From positions 96,001-160,000 of the forward strand of contig CAVXWP010000017.1 of NCBI GenBank assembly GCA_963765495.1: a DNA stretch of 64,000 bases. Direction: 5' to 3'. Position numbers and translations under genes: made by a program. Below are positions 46,131 to 56,578 of this stretch, in pieces. This DNA comes from Blastocatellia bacterium (GTDB lineage Bacteria; Acidobacteriota; Blastocatellia; UBA7656). The stretch's first letter is position 1, and every line of letters begins with the position of its first letter. The notes under the pieces were generated by a model. The model was not told where the DNA came from. It made no database searches and saw only the letters and a program-made list of their open reading frames with translations.

Positions 46131-47983
46131 CAAAAGAGGTAGGTTACTCGCTCGGTCATCAAAGGGCCGCTGGTCTCGCGTTTAAGGCGAAGCTCGCGGA
46201 TTGAGGAAGCGCCTATCAAACTGGACAGGTTATCGCTGAAGAATTTGACTTCGGTTTCGGTTTCGTCCTGCTGATCGGTGGAGGCAGGGGCGTTTTCGAC
46301 CTTGCCGTCGAGTTTGGCCATCAGCCTGTCGAAGATCGGGCGAGCCTCGGCCACCCGTGCCACGGCATAAAAGGTTGCCGTTCCTTCGAAGTCGGCTTTC
46401 GCGGGAGGCGCAGACGTCTTTGCCGCTTGCATTATGTCGCGGGCAAACTCTTTGCTCGAAGCCATCACCAGATACTTGCCGGAAATCGAATAGGCCGCCG
46501 ATTGCTGAAGCAGCGATTCGGCCAAATATCGAACGCCCGCTTCTTCCTGCCACGAAAGATTCGGGTCTACACCTGAAATTACAAATCGCGCCCGTATTTC
46601 ATCGGTTATCGCTCGCTCAAACGTTGCGCGATCTATAGCCGCATCGGCTCTCATCTCAAGGACTATGGCGCGCTCAAAGCCCACGAACGATTTTCCGGCA
46701 TCCGCTTTCGAACGGACCATTTCACAATAGCCCGAAGGCGAGACTCCAGACAGGATTGAAACGAGGCTCTTTTCAAATGTCACACCCGCCCCCGCGCCCC
46801 CGGCCCCCGGCCCCTTGGAAGCTGCCCCTTCGGCCGCAGGGTCATCTACATCGCGATCAAAACGCGCGTCGAGCCGGGCATAGCGTTCGGTTCGCGCGCT
46901 GCTGTCGCCTTCGTTGTTTGTCTCGCGGGTGCGGTCGGGAATATCGGGTGGCGTCCCTGCCGAGTCGGGCAGTTTGCCGAAAAAAATCTGCGAGACCGAA
47001 TGGCCAAGCTCTTCGATTGCGCCTGACGGGGCGTGCGCTTCGATCAGTTGCGCATCGGCGGGAGCGAACCTTATCAGCGCGCTCGTCTGCTCTGCCGAGA
47101 GCGTGCCCGCTTCATTTGCGTTTGCAGACGACATCTTGAACCATCGCTGCTCGTTGAGCCCCTGCGGAGTGAATCGAACATCTATCAATCCGCTTTCGAT
47201 GTTCGCAAGCGAAGAAGGGTCTGTTTCGGTTGTGTTGTGATGAATCCAGTAGTTGTTGAAATAGAGGTTCTTGTTGAGCCGCGCCTGATCGAGCCAGATG
47301 GTGATGTCGCGCGCGGCAAAGCCTTCAGCCTGCCCGGCAATTGAGAGAAGATCGGGCAGAAGGGCGTCATCTCCTGTCTGTTTTGCGTTCCGGAGCGCGC
47401 GAATCATCAACCCTTCGGCGGTCGTCACTATGAGCTTACCTTCCGAATAGGCGAAACAGAATTGCTGATTCAGATTCCCGTTATCGGTCTTCACATCGTG
47501 GACATAATAAGGGCTGCCGTCGGCGGAACGCTCTTGAAACTGAGGCACCTGTTTGAACATCGTCGTAGCAATCGCGCGCGCGCGCGGCACTTCGGTCACA
47601 AAGACCATTTCGAGTTTGCCTATGTCATACATCGCAACCGACGAGGCTCCGCCCGCGAGTTCGGCGAGCCGGTCTTCATCCAGCCCGAATCCTATGGCCT
47701 GCTCGAAATCCTGTTTGCGGTTCTGGAGCTTGAGATAGATGTGCGATTGCGAGTAAGCGGAAAAGCTCGCGCTCTTATAGTATTGCTCTCTGATGTTTGA
47801 AGCGTTCCACATCTTCATAAGCGCCGAGAGGTCCGTAGCCTGAACATAAACAAGCGCGCCGCGAGGGGTGATACCTGCGAGCCTGAGTTGCTCGGCCACG
47901 GGCCGCGTCTGTTGTCCGTCAGACCTGTGCGCGAGTGCGACAACCGCTATACCGATCAGCAGGAGTATTCTGATGTTTTTCAT
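46130..47983 (-). CDS. Exported hypothetical protein (617 aa), last gene of the VIT-vWA/TPR cluster
   Basis: Signal peptide MKNIRILLLIGIAVVALA; PRGALVYVQATDL N-terminus. Confidence 0.85.
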   Translation of the reverse strand: MKNIRILLLIGIAVVALAHRSDGQQTRPVAEQLRLAGITPRGALVYVQATDLSALMKMWNASNIREQYYKSASFSAYSQSHIYLKLQNRKQDFEQAIGFGLDEDRLAELAGGASSVAMYDIGKLEMVFVTEVPRARAIATTMFKQVPQFQERSADGSPYYVHDVKTDNGNLNQQFCFAYSEGKLIVTTAEGLMIRALRNAKQTGDDALLPDLLSIAGQAEGFAARDITIWLDQARLNKNLYFNNYWIHHNTTETDPSSLANIESGLIDVRFTPQGLNEQRWFKMSSANANEAGTLSAEQTSALIRFAPADAQLIEAHAPSGAIEELGHSVSQIFFGKLPDSAGTPPDIPDRTRETNNEGDSSARTERYARLDARFDRDVDDPAAEGAASKGPGAGGAGAGVTFEKSLVSILSGVSPSGYCEMVRSKADAGKSFVGFERAIVLEMRADAAIDRATFERAITDEIRARFVISGVDPNLSWQEEAGVRYLAESLLQQSAAYSISGKYLVMASSKEFARDIMQAAKTSAPPAKADFEGTATFYAVARVAEARPIFDRLMAKLDGKVENAPASTDQQDETETEVKFFSDNLSSLIGASSIRELRLKRETSGPLMTERVTYLF

Positions 47984-47998
47984 AATCGTAACCTGATT

Positions 47999-48058
47999 GT
48001 AGGGGCAGGGCTTGTCCCCGCCCGGATTTGATTGTAGGGGCAGGGCTTGTCCCTGCCC
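47999..48058 (+). repeat. Two tandem GTAG-family REP elements (35-bp period)
   Basis: GTAGGGGCAGGGCTTGTCCC(C/T)GCCC at 47999 and 48034. Confidence 0.9.
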
Positions 48059-48079
48059 GGATCGCGCGTAGCGCGATGA

Positions 48080-48565
48080 CTATAGAAGGTCGTCAACCTT
48101 GCCCGTGTAGGGCCATCGATCCGGTCTTTCAACCAATCCTCTTCTCACCGGATTCAACCTGACATATTCCAATTTTTCATAAAACTCCTCTTCGTTGCGT
48201 ATAACACGATCAAAAAACTGTCGCTGCCAGAGCTTCCCTTCATACCATTGCCAATATGCACGCGTTGAAATGCTCTTGAAAGTGCCACAGATTTCGCCCA
48301 GCGATTTTCCTGACTCACCAGAACCAATCAATGCATGAATGTGATCCGGCATCAGACAGTAAATGTAAAGCCTGAAACGCATCTGCTGCCGGAGTCGCAA
48401 AAGGCAATCAATGATAGACAGAGCCAGCCGATGATCGAGAAAAAGATTTCGTCTGCCCTCAACAACTATCGTGACATAATATATCCTCTTTGTTGAGTAA
48501 TCGAATCCGCGCAGACGGAGGCTATTTCGCCGGACATAGATTTTCTTGTCATCTATATGGGCCAT
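48080..48565 (-). mobile_element. REP-associated tyrosine transposase (RAYT, IS200/Y1 superfamily)
   Basis: RRNSLRL..FDYS, YVT, MPDHIH (HUH), LWQRQFFDRVIR and EYVRLNPVRRGL motifs; flanked by inverted GTAG REPs. Confidence 0.92.
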
Positions 48566-48592
48566 GCCACATCATCGGCCTTTGGCCGATCC

Positions 48593-48617
48593 GGGCAGGG
48601 ACAAGCCCTGCCCCTAC
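48593..48617 (-). repeat. GTAG-family REP element, inverted, overlapping the TPR gene stop codon
   Basis: Minus strand GTAGGGGCAGGGCTTGTCCCTGCCC. Confidence 0.9.
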
Positions 48618-51600
48618 TTTTCTCCAAGGAGGCGACCGGCATAAATTGATTCGGTCGCATTGGAATTATCCACGCGTAAAAGCAAAGCCGATCTGATCTG
48701 TTCGGCTCTCTTCGCCGCCATAATTTCCGCCAGTCGTTTCTCAATGCCGGTCTTCTCATCCGGCTTTGTCGCCTCCAGTGCGAGCAACCGCTCCATTGCG
48801 ATGGCGCGATCATACTGGCCAAGCCGCGCCGCCGAATCCACAAGCGCAGAAACCTCTTCGCTCTGCGTTCTCGACAAAGCAGCGTCGTTTGCCTCGGCCA
48901 GCGTCCTTAGCCCCGGAGCCTTCGATCTTGTGATCTCAAGCGAAGGCTCGAAGGCAACCGTAGATCCAGAGGTTCTTTCGGCTTGTTCGCCCCCGTTTAA
49001 TGCGTTCTTGATGGCAGCGTTGATCGCGGCGGGGCCGCTCGCATCATCGCTTTCGGCAAGGCGAATCGCGGCAAGATCGCGCCCCGCCCGGCTGTAAAGC
49101 GCTATCAACTGGGCGCGCGGACCCGGGGCTACGAAGGCGATTGCGCCAGTCATATCCCCGTCGGCATCCAGATAAATAGCCCGCTCGAAACTGGCAACCG
49201 CTTCCGCATCTTGCCCCGCGGCCTTCTCTATTATTCCCAGTTTCATCTGAGCCACCGAAGCAAGCGAGCCGCCGGTTATTCGCTTAAGCAGTTGACGAGC
49301 CTCATCAGGCCGTCCGGTCTTTTCGGCTATTGCCGCTCGCGCAAGCACGGCCCCGGCATCCGCCTGAGCCACTCGCCCGTCGAGCGCCGCAGCCGCCCGC
49401 GCACCCTGTGACGGGTCTCTCCTCGCGATTTCGCCCATGATCTCGGCCGCCTGCGCTCGAACGCTGTTTGATGTAGTCCTCTCCGCTATCAACGCGATTA
49501 TCCTATCGACCGCTTCGCCGTTTCTGCCCGCTGCCGCGATCACGTGAGCAAGCTCAAGCTTGTTGGTCGCATCATTGGGATTGATGCGCGCTATCTGCTC
49601 GCGGAAATTTACGGCATCATCAAAGCGATTTATCCGCGCAGATGTCTCGGCGGCCAGACGCAGAGCCTTGAGATTGTCGGTGGAACGCTCTACCAGAAGC
49701 TTGAGCAACCGCCCGGCCTCATCCATCTGCCCCCGGCGGGCTTCGATCTCCGCAAGCCCGGCAAGGCTCGCGTCATCCGAGTAGCGCGTCCGCGCCGCCG
49801 CTCGATAAGCCTCGTAAAGCATCGCCTCGGCTTCCGTATCTTTGCCTTCCGCAAGCAACAGCGCGTATGCCTTCAGGCATTGCTCGTGAAGCAGGCCGCT
49901 ACCGCTACTTTGCATCTCGTCCGAATCATTTGTCTCACCGCCATCGAGACCGCAATAACGGCGTAGTTCGGCTACGGCCTTAGCCGCGTCGCCGCCGCGC
50001 AATTCGATCAGGGCCGAAGCCAGAGGCAGCCAGTCATAACGACTAACGACATAATCATCAGCCTTTGTCGCAAGCGCCAGATCGGCCTGCTCCTGATTGA
50101 TTGTAGCGACAAGCAATCGCGCTTCATCAAAGGCTCTGGACTTTATCAGATAATCCAGAAAGCGACGGCGAAACTCGCTCAACGCCTGCGCCGGGTAGAC
50201 ATACTCCGACCCGTTGTAATAGCCGTTGTCGTATTCATCGGTGCCGAATACGGCGGCGGCCTGATCCGAAAGCCGTTGATGGATAGTGCGATAGAGGCCG
50301 CCAAGCGCGGAATCGGGCAGCAGGTTCTCTTCGATCAACAGGCTGCCGATAGAGGTGTCTCCGGGCATGCTGTTGATCACGTTATGAAAGTATGTTCCTA
50401 TCTCATCTTCGAGTTGCTCGTTGCCCTGCGCGCGCGCGGTGATGTCGCGCACGAGCGGTTTGATCGCCTCGATTCTTTCGCTTGCATTTTGATTTCGCAC
50501 GCGGCGATTGACATAACTCACAAGAAACGCCTGAAGCCGGGGAAGCGCCTCGCGCAAAAATCCATTGTCGGCCATCACCTTCAAATAAGTCTGCGCGTCA
50601 TCCACGCTAACCCGCCCCGTGATGATCGTAGCCCACGCGTCCTGAGCGGCCTGCCGGTCGCCGCGCGCAAGCGCTATCGAACCGCGCATCAAGGCTATTT
50701 CCTTGCTGCCGGGCGCAAGCTCCGAGGCAAGCCCCGTGTGATCGGTCGCCCGGTCGAGGTCTTTCTGATCGAGAAAATATGCGGCAAGCTCGAGTTGAGC
50801 GCGGGCGCTCGACGGATGATTTTCAATCTCGGCGGGGACATAGTGCTGGCCCTCCATCCCCCGCGATGGCACAAGCCCAAGCCAGTAACCGTAATTTCTG
50901 GCCGCCGTGAACCAGTCATTGCCGAGCAATGTCTGGTTGGAATCAACCCGTCGCCCGAGCATCTCTCCGATTGGGCGAATATCGAGCGCCGCCTTGAAGA
51001 AGGCTTCCGTTTCCACGGAAGTGTCTTTCAAAAACAACCCGACTTCGCCGCTGCGCGAGGCGACCCAGGCGGGCGACTGTCTTGCGCTTGCGATTGCCTT
51101 TCGCGCAATATCTTTCTCGCCCTTCTCGATAAGGAAATTGATCAACTGCAACTGGTACGGATTGTAAGACGAGGCGATTTGCTGAACCTCGTCCCGCTTC
51201 CCTGTCGAATAGAGCAGCGTCAGGTATCGGTCTACCCAATCGGCGCTGCTTGCGGTCAAATCTCCGCTCGCGCTTCTGTATGCCGAACGCAACCATTCAA
51301 GCTCGCGGTTTGTGTCTCCGCTCAGCCGGTACTCGATGGCTATCTGGTTCTGGTAATCGAAATGGTCTTTGTACTTGTCTCGCGCATAGCCGTCGGCCAG
51401 CGCTTCGGCTGCGCGAACAAAGGCCGCGTGGCGATTATAAAAAGCCACAAGTGCGCGCATCTCGTTGTAATATTCCGTATCTGTGGCAGTGAGATGCCCT
51501 TTCAGGGCGGCATCTTTGATCTGGATGTAAATCTGCTCTTCGACCTCGACCAGATTCGCGCCGCGCGCTATGCCAAGGTAGCGGAGCAACGCATCCTTGT

Positions 51601-54600
51601 CGCTGTAAGCGGTGAGCTTTGCCGTAGCCGCCTGCACAGCGCCTACGAGCGCGGTCGTTTCGGTCGCGCTGGCATAGTCGATTACGCCGCGTCCGAAATC
51701 CGCGCGCATGGCCTGATCTATCGCGGAGACGATTGAGGAGGCCCTGTACTTGTCGTTGTCATCCGAGTTGTCGAATATGGCCTGATACTGCGCCCGCATT
51801 CGCTCAAGCTTTTGAAAGACTGTGACCGGAGGCTCCACATGCACAAGCGCGTTGATATACCCCACCACAAAATCGGTGCCTACATAATCGTCTTTGAGCG
51901 TCTTCGGTATCTGCGCGATGATCTCTTCATAGACCTGCACCGCAGCCGGGTAGAGACCCCAGGAAGCAAGACGGGACGCGGCCTGCAATCCGTCTTCGGG
52001 TTTTGCGTCCTTCTTTGAGGCGAGCGCCTGACGCACGGTTTGAGCGGCCTCGTCGCGCTTGCCCTGCTGCACCTGAATCCGCGCGACTTCGATCAGCCAT
52101 TGCGGGTCCCGGCCCGACAGCGACCAGCCTTCGCGCAGCACCGCTATCGCCTCGTCATATCGTTGCTGGCGCGCAAGAGTAGAGGCGAGCGAGAACCTCA
52201 AATCGGATCGTTGAGGCTCGTTTGCGACGGCCCCGCGATACTGATCGGTTGCGCCCGCGAGATTCCCGCGTCGCTCGTATATGCGGCCCAGTACAAGCTG
52301 CCAGCGATAGTTCTTGTACGCCTCTTTTGCCAGCTTTTCGTAATAAGCATCCAGCCGCCCGGACAGGTTATGCGCTTCGGCATAATCAATGGCGGTGGCG
52401 AGGCGGTCGGCGTCTTCGGGAAAGGTGTTTATGATCTCGATGTATTGATCTACCGCTTCTTCGTATTTTTTCAGGCTGTCGAGCGTGCGAATCATCCCTT
52501 CACGAAGATCGGCAACGCGCGATTTGGATTCGTCGCGGCTCAGGTCGGATTCTTTCACTTCCTTGAACGCGTCTCGATAAAGCGTGGCCAGGTCTTCGAG
52601 TTTGTTTTCGGCCCCAAGCGTCTTTGCCAGCATCGCAAAGACTTCGGAATCGAGCGGGTGACTGGCGTAGTAGGTTCGAAGCGTCGCCTCCGAATCCGCT
52701 AACTTTCCGGCATCAGCCTGACGCTTTGCCAGTTGCAGAGTCAGGTTGCGCTGATTCGATCCGAGCGCGCGGGCGAGCGTCTTCTTGTAAAGATCAAGCG
52801 CGCGATCAGTCAACCCGGCGCGCCAGTAAAACTGCGCCGACTCTTCGACCACGCCAACGTTTGTTGGGTAATCGGCAACCAGAGAGTCGATCACTCCTAT
52901 GGCCTGATCCTTCTGATTATGGCGTTCGAGGAACGAGGCGAGTTGAAGGCGATACATCATCGCCTCGCGCTCGTCGCGTGCCACCGACGCGAGCCGGGTG
53001 ATTACCATCCGCTCATCTTCGGGCCGCAGGATGATGCGGAAAAGATCGCGCACCGATTCCAGATAAGCGACATCGCTCGAACGTTCGATCTCGCTGCGAA
53101 GAAGCGCGAGCGCATCGGCTTGCTTGTCGCGCTCAGCCAGATAGCTGGCATAACCTATAACAAGCTGCCAGTCATCCGGGTGCGCCGAGTGCGCGCTCTG
53201 ATAAGCGGCTGAAATCTTTTCGGCAAGCCCCGTACGCCTGGCCAGTTGCGCGAGCCTTTCGGCCACCGTGTTTCGACCGTCGCCGGGCTCGTTGAGCACT
53301 TTCACATACTCGGTTATGGCCGAATCGATATCGTCCTTGCCTTCATAGACCGCGCCCATTCGATAAGCGTAAATAGTCGGGTCGCCCGTCACGTCGCGCA
53401 ACTGTTTGAAGACGCTTATCGCCTGATCGAATTGATAGTAATCCCAGAAGACCGTAGCCACTTCCAGATAGGTCTCACGCTCGGCGGGTTCAAGTTTTAT
53501 AAGCTTGTTCCACTCCTCGGCGGCGCGATTGAAATCGCCCAGTTGAGCATAAACCTCGCCCGCCTTGATCCTGTAAGAGTGATCCGAAGGGTAGATGTCG
53601 GCCATCTGAGCGAAGGTGCGGGCCGACTCTTCATAATATTTGTCATCCTGACTGCCGAACGAGCGCGTCAGATCGGCCAGACGGTCGGCGTATTGCGGCT
53701 CGCCCGGGTAAAGGGCTACGAGATTGCGGTAAGCCTCTATCGCCTCGTCGTGGTGCGAGAGCCACAACGCCGCGTCGGCCGCAAAGACGTTGTAGGGACC
53801 GAGCGCCGAGGGCTGAGAACCGGGCGTAGTCGCGTTGCCGGTTGTTTTGCTCTTTGCCTCGCTGTAGCGGGCGCGCAACTCCCCTTCATATGACAGCCAT
53901 TGAAGGTAAGGGTCGCGTATGCTGCGGTCGGCAAAATAGTACTGCGCGGAAAGTTTCGCCCACGCGGTGGTGTCGTGCGTCGAAAGATAGGTTAGCATCC
54001 CACGGACGAAAAACAGATTGCGCGGGAATCGCTGATGGGCAACGCTGTAGAGGTCAAATGCCAGCCGTCCGTCCCAGTTCAACTGATCTCCGGTCGAGGT
54101 CGCGCCGTAGCCCGCGAACCTGACCAGATACTCTGTGATCTCGGGCTCGTCAAAGATGTTTATCAGGTCGCGCGAATACCGCGCCAGTTCGCGCCCGCGT
54201 TTCTCGCGAACGTACCAGCGCGCTAACCTGTGGTACCACGTATTCGAATCGAACTGGCGGATCGCTGAATCGTAAGCCTTCAACTGCTCGTTTACGAGTT
54301 GAGCCTGCCCGAGCCAGCTCAGAAATCGCTCATACAACCCTTCTTCACGCGGATGTTTTTTGATCTCGCCCCAGAAGAAAGCCAGCGTCTCGGTCTTCTT
54401 CTCTTCGCTCGCAAGCGAAGCGACGTAACGCTCAAGCACTTCACCGTATGACGGCCCCTGAAGGCTATTGCCGTCAACACTGGCCGAGGATGAGGACTCT
54501 TCTTCTTCCTCATCATAGCTGTTGTAATTCTGGAAAGAGATTCCGCCTTCGGTCGGGTCGTATGTGTCGCTGTAGGCTTCAAGGTTGTACTTTATGCGAT

Positions 54601-56443
54601 CAAGCAACTGCCGGAACTGAGGCGAGTTGGCAAGGCTCCATCGTTTGGCCGAAACCGGCACGAGCGAAGTGCCCTTCGGGCGCGTGCGAGCCAGCCGGTC
54701 AAGCAGGCTCATGAGGACCGCGCGCTCGTTCTTTCGATCCTTCAGCGCCACGTAGGAGTCGGCTATCCGCAGAGAGACTGCGCTGTATTCGGGCGCATTC
54801 GGGAATCGCTCTTGAAATTCGCGCCCCGCTTCGATTGCGAGCCTGTGCTCGCCAAGCGCGGAGAAGATATTGACCACGCCCAGATACATCTCTCCCAGAT
54901 GTTTCGACGCGGCGTACTCCTGCTTGAAGGACGTGAATATGCGGTAGGCGAATGCGCGGTTGAAGTACCCGGCGGCGGCCTTTTCCTGATTGGCAAACTC
55001 TTGCGCCGGGTCGGTCCCAGACAGGATGAGCGAGAGCACGCCGTTCATGAAACCGGGGTGCTGATCTATCTCGGCTACGTCTTTATAAAATGAAAGATCG
55101 CCCGCGCCGAATCTGGTAGGCGTGCCTGCCGCGTCGAGCATCACCTTGAACAGGCGATAGAGCGCCTCTTCCCGCGTATTGCTTCCCGATTGAAGACCGC
55201 CCACCAGATAGAGCGTATAGAGATAACGCGAGGCCTGATCGTAATGGCCTATCGAAGTAAACAATCCGGCTGCCGTTTCAAGCTCGCGCGCATTCCAGAC
55301 AGACGCGCTGACAGGTGGGGGCTGCGCGCCCTGCCCTTGAGTGCCCTGCCCTTGAGTGCCCTGCCCTTGAGTGCTCTGCCCCTGGGTGCTGCCTCCGCCT
55401 GCGCGTCGGGCCTCAAGATCGCGGAGCGTCTGAGCCGCCTGCTCGTAGTTGCCCTCGTAGGCGTAAATGCGAAAGAGGCGAGATACGGTTTGAAGATCGG
55501 TTGCGCCACCTCGGACGCTCTCCTGTAGCTGTCTGCGAATCGTGCGATAGCGCCCAAAGCGGCGCAGCAGATCGTAATAATCCGCCGTTATCGCCTGTGG
55601 CCAGTTTGGATCGAACGCGGTTGAATAGACCTCTTCGGCGGCGCGGCGGTCGCCTGTGGATTCGAATATGCGAGCGCGAGTGCTCAGAAAATAATTAAGC
55701 TCGGATGGAAACTTCGGCTGAAACGAAGCCAGAACGGAAAGAGCTTCCGAGTTCTGTTTGGCAAGAAGAAGCTCTTCTACATAATCCTTGACCGGCTGAA
55801 CATTTGTGGGGTCGGCGGCTACGAGTTCGGCAAAGAAATCAGACGGCTTGAACTCTTTGAGCGAACGCGAGCGAGCCAGATCGGCCGCGCGTTTATATAT
55901 CGGGCCACGTTCGGCTACCGGCAGGGCCTGAGCCAGGTCTCGAAGTGTTTTGACCTCATCGGCAAACCGCGCCCGGTCGTGGTAAAAGTCGGCGAGTCTC
56001 CGCAGAGATTCGGGCGAACGGCCTTTCAAAGCGGCATAGCTTGTCATCTCGCTTGCGGCCTTGTCGAACTGGCCCGTGTGTTCAGCCAGCCTCGCCGCGT
56101 GCAGACGCAACCGCGCATCTTTTGGATAACTGGTTTCGAGCGCGGTGATTCGCGCAAGCGCGTCCTGGTAAGGGCGCTCGACCGACGCGGTAACGCCAAA
56201 GAACTCTTCGTTTGTGAAAAGCGCCTCATCCACGGCAGGCTGTGGAGCGCGATCAGGATCGGGCTTGCGGAGCGGCGCGCGTTGAGCGCCTGCCCCCCTT
56301 CCGGCAGCGCCCTGAGCCGCTCCCCTGCGAGCCGAAGGCGCAGGTCTGTTCGAAGTCGCCTTTTGAACGCCCACAAAAGTGGCTATTGAAACGCTCACAA
56401 GCGAGAGCGTCATTGCTATGGTCAAATAGATTCGTCTGCGCAT
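48614..56443 (-). CDS. Giant exported TPR/alpha-solenoid protein (2609 aa)
   Basis: N-terminal basic plus hydrophobic signal/anchor; many TPR-like units, e.g. KAGEVYAQLGDFNRAAEEWNKLIKLEP and LGRIYERRGNLAGATDQYRGAVANEP. Confidence 0.92.
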   Translation of the reverse strand: MRRRIYLTIAMTLSLVSVSIATFVGVQKATSNRPAPSARRGAAQGAAGRGAGAQRAPLRKPDPDRAPQPAVDEALFTNEEFFGVTASVERPYQDALARITALETSYPKDARLRLHAARLAEHTGQFDKAASEMTSYAALKGRSPESLRRLADFYHDRARFADEVKTLRDLAQALPVAERGPIYKRAADLARSRSLKEFKPSDFFAELVAADPTNVQPVKDYVEELLLAKQNSEALSVLASFQPKFPSELNYFLSTRARIFESTGDRRAAEEVYSTAFDPNWPQAITADYYDLLRRFGRYRTIRRQLQESVRGGATDLQTVSRLFRIYAYEGNYEQAAQTLRDLEARRAGGGSTQGQSTQGQGTQGQGTQGQGAQPPPVSASVWNARELETAAGLFTSIGHYDQASRYLYTLYLVGGLQSGSNTREEALYRLFKVMLDAAGTPTRFGAGDLSFYKDVAEIDQHPGFMNGVLSLILSGTDPAQEFANQEKAAAGYFNRAFAYRIFTSFKQEYAASKHLGEMYLGVVNIFSALGEHRLAIEAGREFQERFPNAPEYSAVSLRIADSYVALKDRKNERAVLMSLLDRLARTRPKGTSLVPVSAKRWSLANSPQFRQLLDRIKYNLEAYSDTYDPTEGGISFQNYNSYDEEEEESSSSASVDGNSLQGPSYGEVLERYVASLASEEKKTETLAFFWGEIKKHPREEGLYERFLSWLGQAQLVNEQLKAYDSAIRQFDSNTWYHRLARWYVREKRGRELARYSRDLINIFDEPEITEYLVRFAGYGATSTGDQLNWDGRLAFDLYSVAHQRFPRNLFFVRGMLTYLSTHDTTAWAKLSAQYYFADRSIRDPYLQWLSYEGELRARYSEAKSKTTGNATTPGSQPSALGPYNVFAADAALWLSHHDEAIEAYRNLVALYPGEPQYADRLADLTRSFGSQDDKYYEESARTFAQMADIYPSDHSYRIKAGEVYAQLGDFNRAAEEWNKLIKLEPAERETYLEVATVFWDYYQFDQAISVFKQLRDVTGDPTIYAYRMGAVYEGKDDIDSAITEYVKVLNEPGDGRNTVAERLAQLARRTGLAEKISAAYQSAHSAHPDDWQLVIGYASYLAERDKQADALALLRSEIERSSDVAYLESVRDLFRIILRPEDERMVITRLASVARDEREAMMYRLQLASFLERHNQKDQAIGVIDSLVADYPTNVGVVEESAQFYWRAGLTDRALDLYKKTLARALGSNQRNLTLQLAKRQADAGKLADSEATLRTYYASHPLDSEVFAMLAKTLGAENKLEDLATLYRDAFKEVKESDLSRDESKSRVADLREGMIRTLDSLKKYEEAVDQYIEIINTFPEDADRLATAIDYAEAHNLSGRLDAYYEKLAKEAYKNYRWQLVLGRIYERRGNLAGATDQYRGAVANEPQRSDLRFSLASTLARQQRYDEAIAVLREGWSLSGRDPQWLIEVARIQVQQGKRDEAAQTVRQALASKKDAKPEDGLQAASRLASWGLYPAAVQVYEEIIAQIPKTLKDDYVGTDFVVGYINALVHVEPPVTVFQKLERMRAQYQAIFDNSDDNDKYRASSIVSAIDQAMRADFGRGVIDYASATETTALVGAVQAATAKLTAYSDKDALLRYLGIARGANLVEVEEQIYIQIKDAALKGHLTATDTEYYNEMRALVAFYNRHAAFVRAAEALADGYARDKYKDHFDYQNQIAIEYRLSGDTNRELEWLRSAYRSASGDLTASSADWVDRYLTLLYSTGKRDEVQQIASSYNPYQLQLINFLIEKGEKDIARKAIASARQSPAWVASRSGEVGLFLKDTSVETEAFFKAALDIRPIGEMLGRRVDSNQTLLGNDWFTAARNYGYWLGLVPSRGMEGQHYVPAEIENHPSSARAQLELAAYFLDQKDLDRATDHTGLASELAPGSKEIALMRGSIALARGDRQAAQDAWATIITGRVSVDDAQTYLKVMADNGFLREALPRLQAFLVSYVNRRVRNQNASERIEAIKPLVRDITARAQGNEQLEDEIGTYFHNVINSMPGDTSIGSLLIEENLLPDSALGGLYRTIHQRLSDQAAAVFGTDEYDNGYYNGSEYVYPAQALSEFRRRFLDYLIKSRAFDEARLLVATINQEQADLALATKADDYVVSRYDWLPLASALIELRGGDAAKAVAELRRYCGLDGGETNDSDEMQSSGSGLLHEQCLKAYALLLAEGKDTEAEAMLYEAYRAAARTRYSDDASLAGLAEIEARRGQMDEAGRLLKLLVERSTDNLKALRLAAETSARINRFDDAVNFREQIARINPNDATNKLELAHVIAAAGRNGEAVDRIIALIAERTTSNSVRAQAAEIMGEIARRDPSQGARAAAALDGRVAQADAGAVLARAAIAEKTGRPDEARQLLKRITGGSLASVAQMKLGIIEKAAGQDAEAVASFERAIYLDADGDMTGAIAFVAPGPRAQLIALYSRAGRDLAAIRLAESDDASGPAAINAAIKNALNGGEQAERTSGSTVAFEPSLEITRSKAPGLRTLAEANDAALSRTQSEEVSALVDSAARLGQYDRAIAMERLLALEATKPDEKTGIEKRLAEIMAAKRAEQIRSALLLRVDNSNATESIYAGRLLGEK
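55328..55387. repeat. In-frame 15-bp tandem repeat within the TPR gene
   Basis: GCCCTGCCCTTGAGT x3 plus one degenerate copy, encoding (TQGQG)n. Confidence 0.9.
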
Positions 56444-56550
56444 AATTTTAGACCGCCTTAACGGTTGAAAACCTATTGATCTTCTTATCCCGACATTTGC
56501 AAAGCCGCTGATTACGCGGGCAATTGATCCCTTTCACACCCATTCATCTG

Positions 56551-56575
56551 AGACTTCAAATCTCAAATCTCAGAT
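56551..56575. repeat. Short (TTTGAGA)n heptamer run (also at 5811-5838, 11380-11410 and 61283-61298)
   Basis: TTCAAATCTCAAATCTCAGA next to the VIT gene stop. Confidence 0.65.
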
Positions 56576-56578
56576 CGT

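Noticed and set aside
47994-48063. 35-bp direct repeat considered as a mini-CRISPR
   Set aside because: The units are adjacent with no spacer, there are no cas genes, and they are GTAG REPs next to a RAYT.
50276-51736. 486-aa plus-strand ORF and other ORFs nested in the TPR gene
   Set aside because: They are antisense shadows with no coherent protein motifs.
55328-55387. Resemblance of the in-gene 15-mer (GCCCTGCCC) to the REP stem
   Set aside because: It has no GTAG and no hairpin; the match is explained by Gln-Gly codons.
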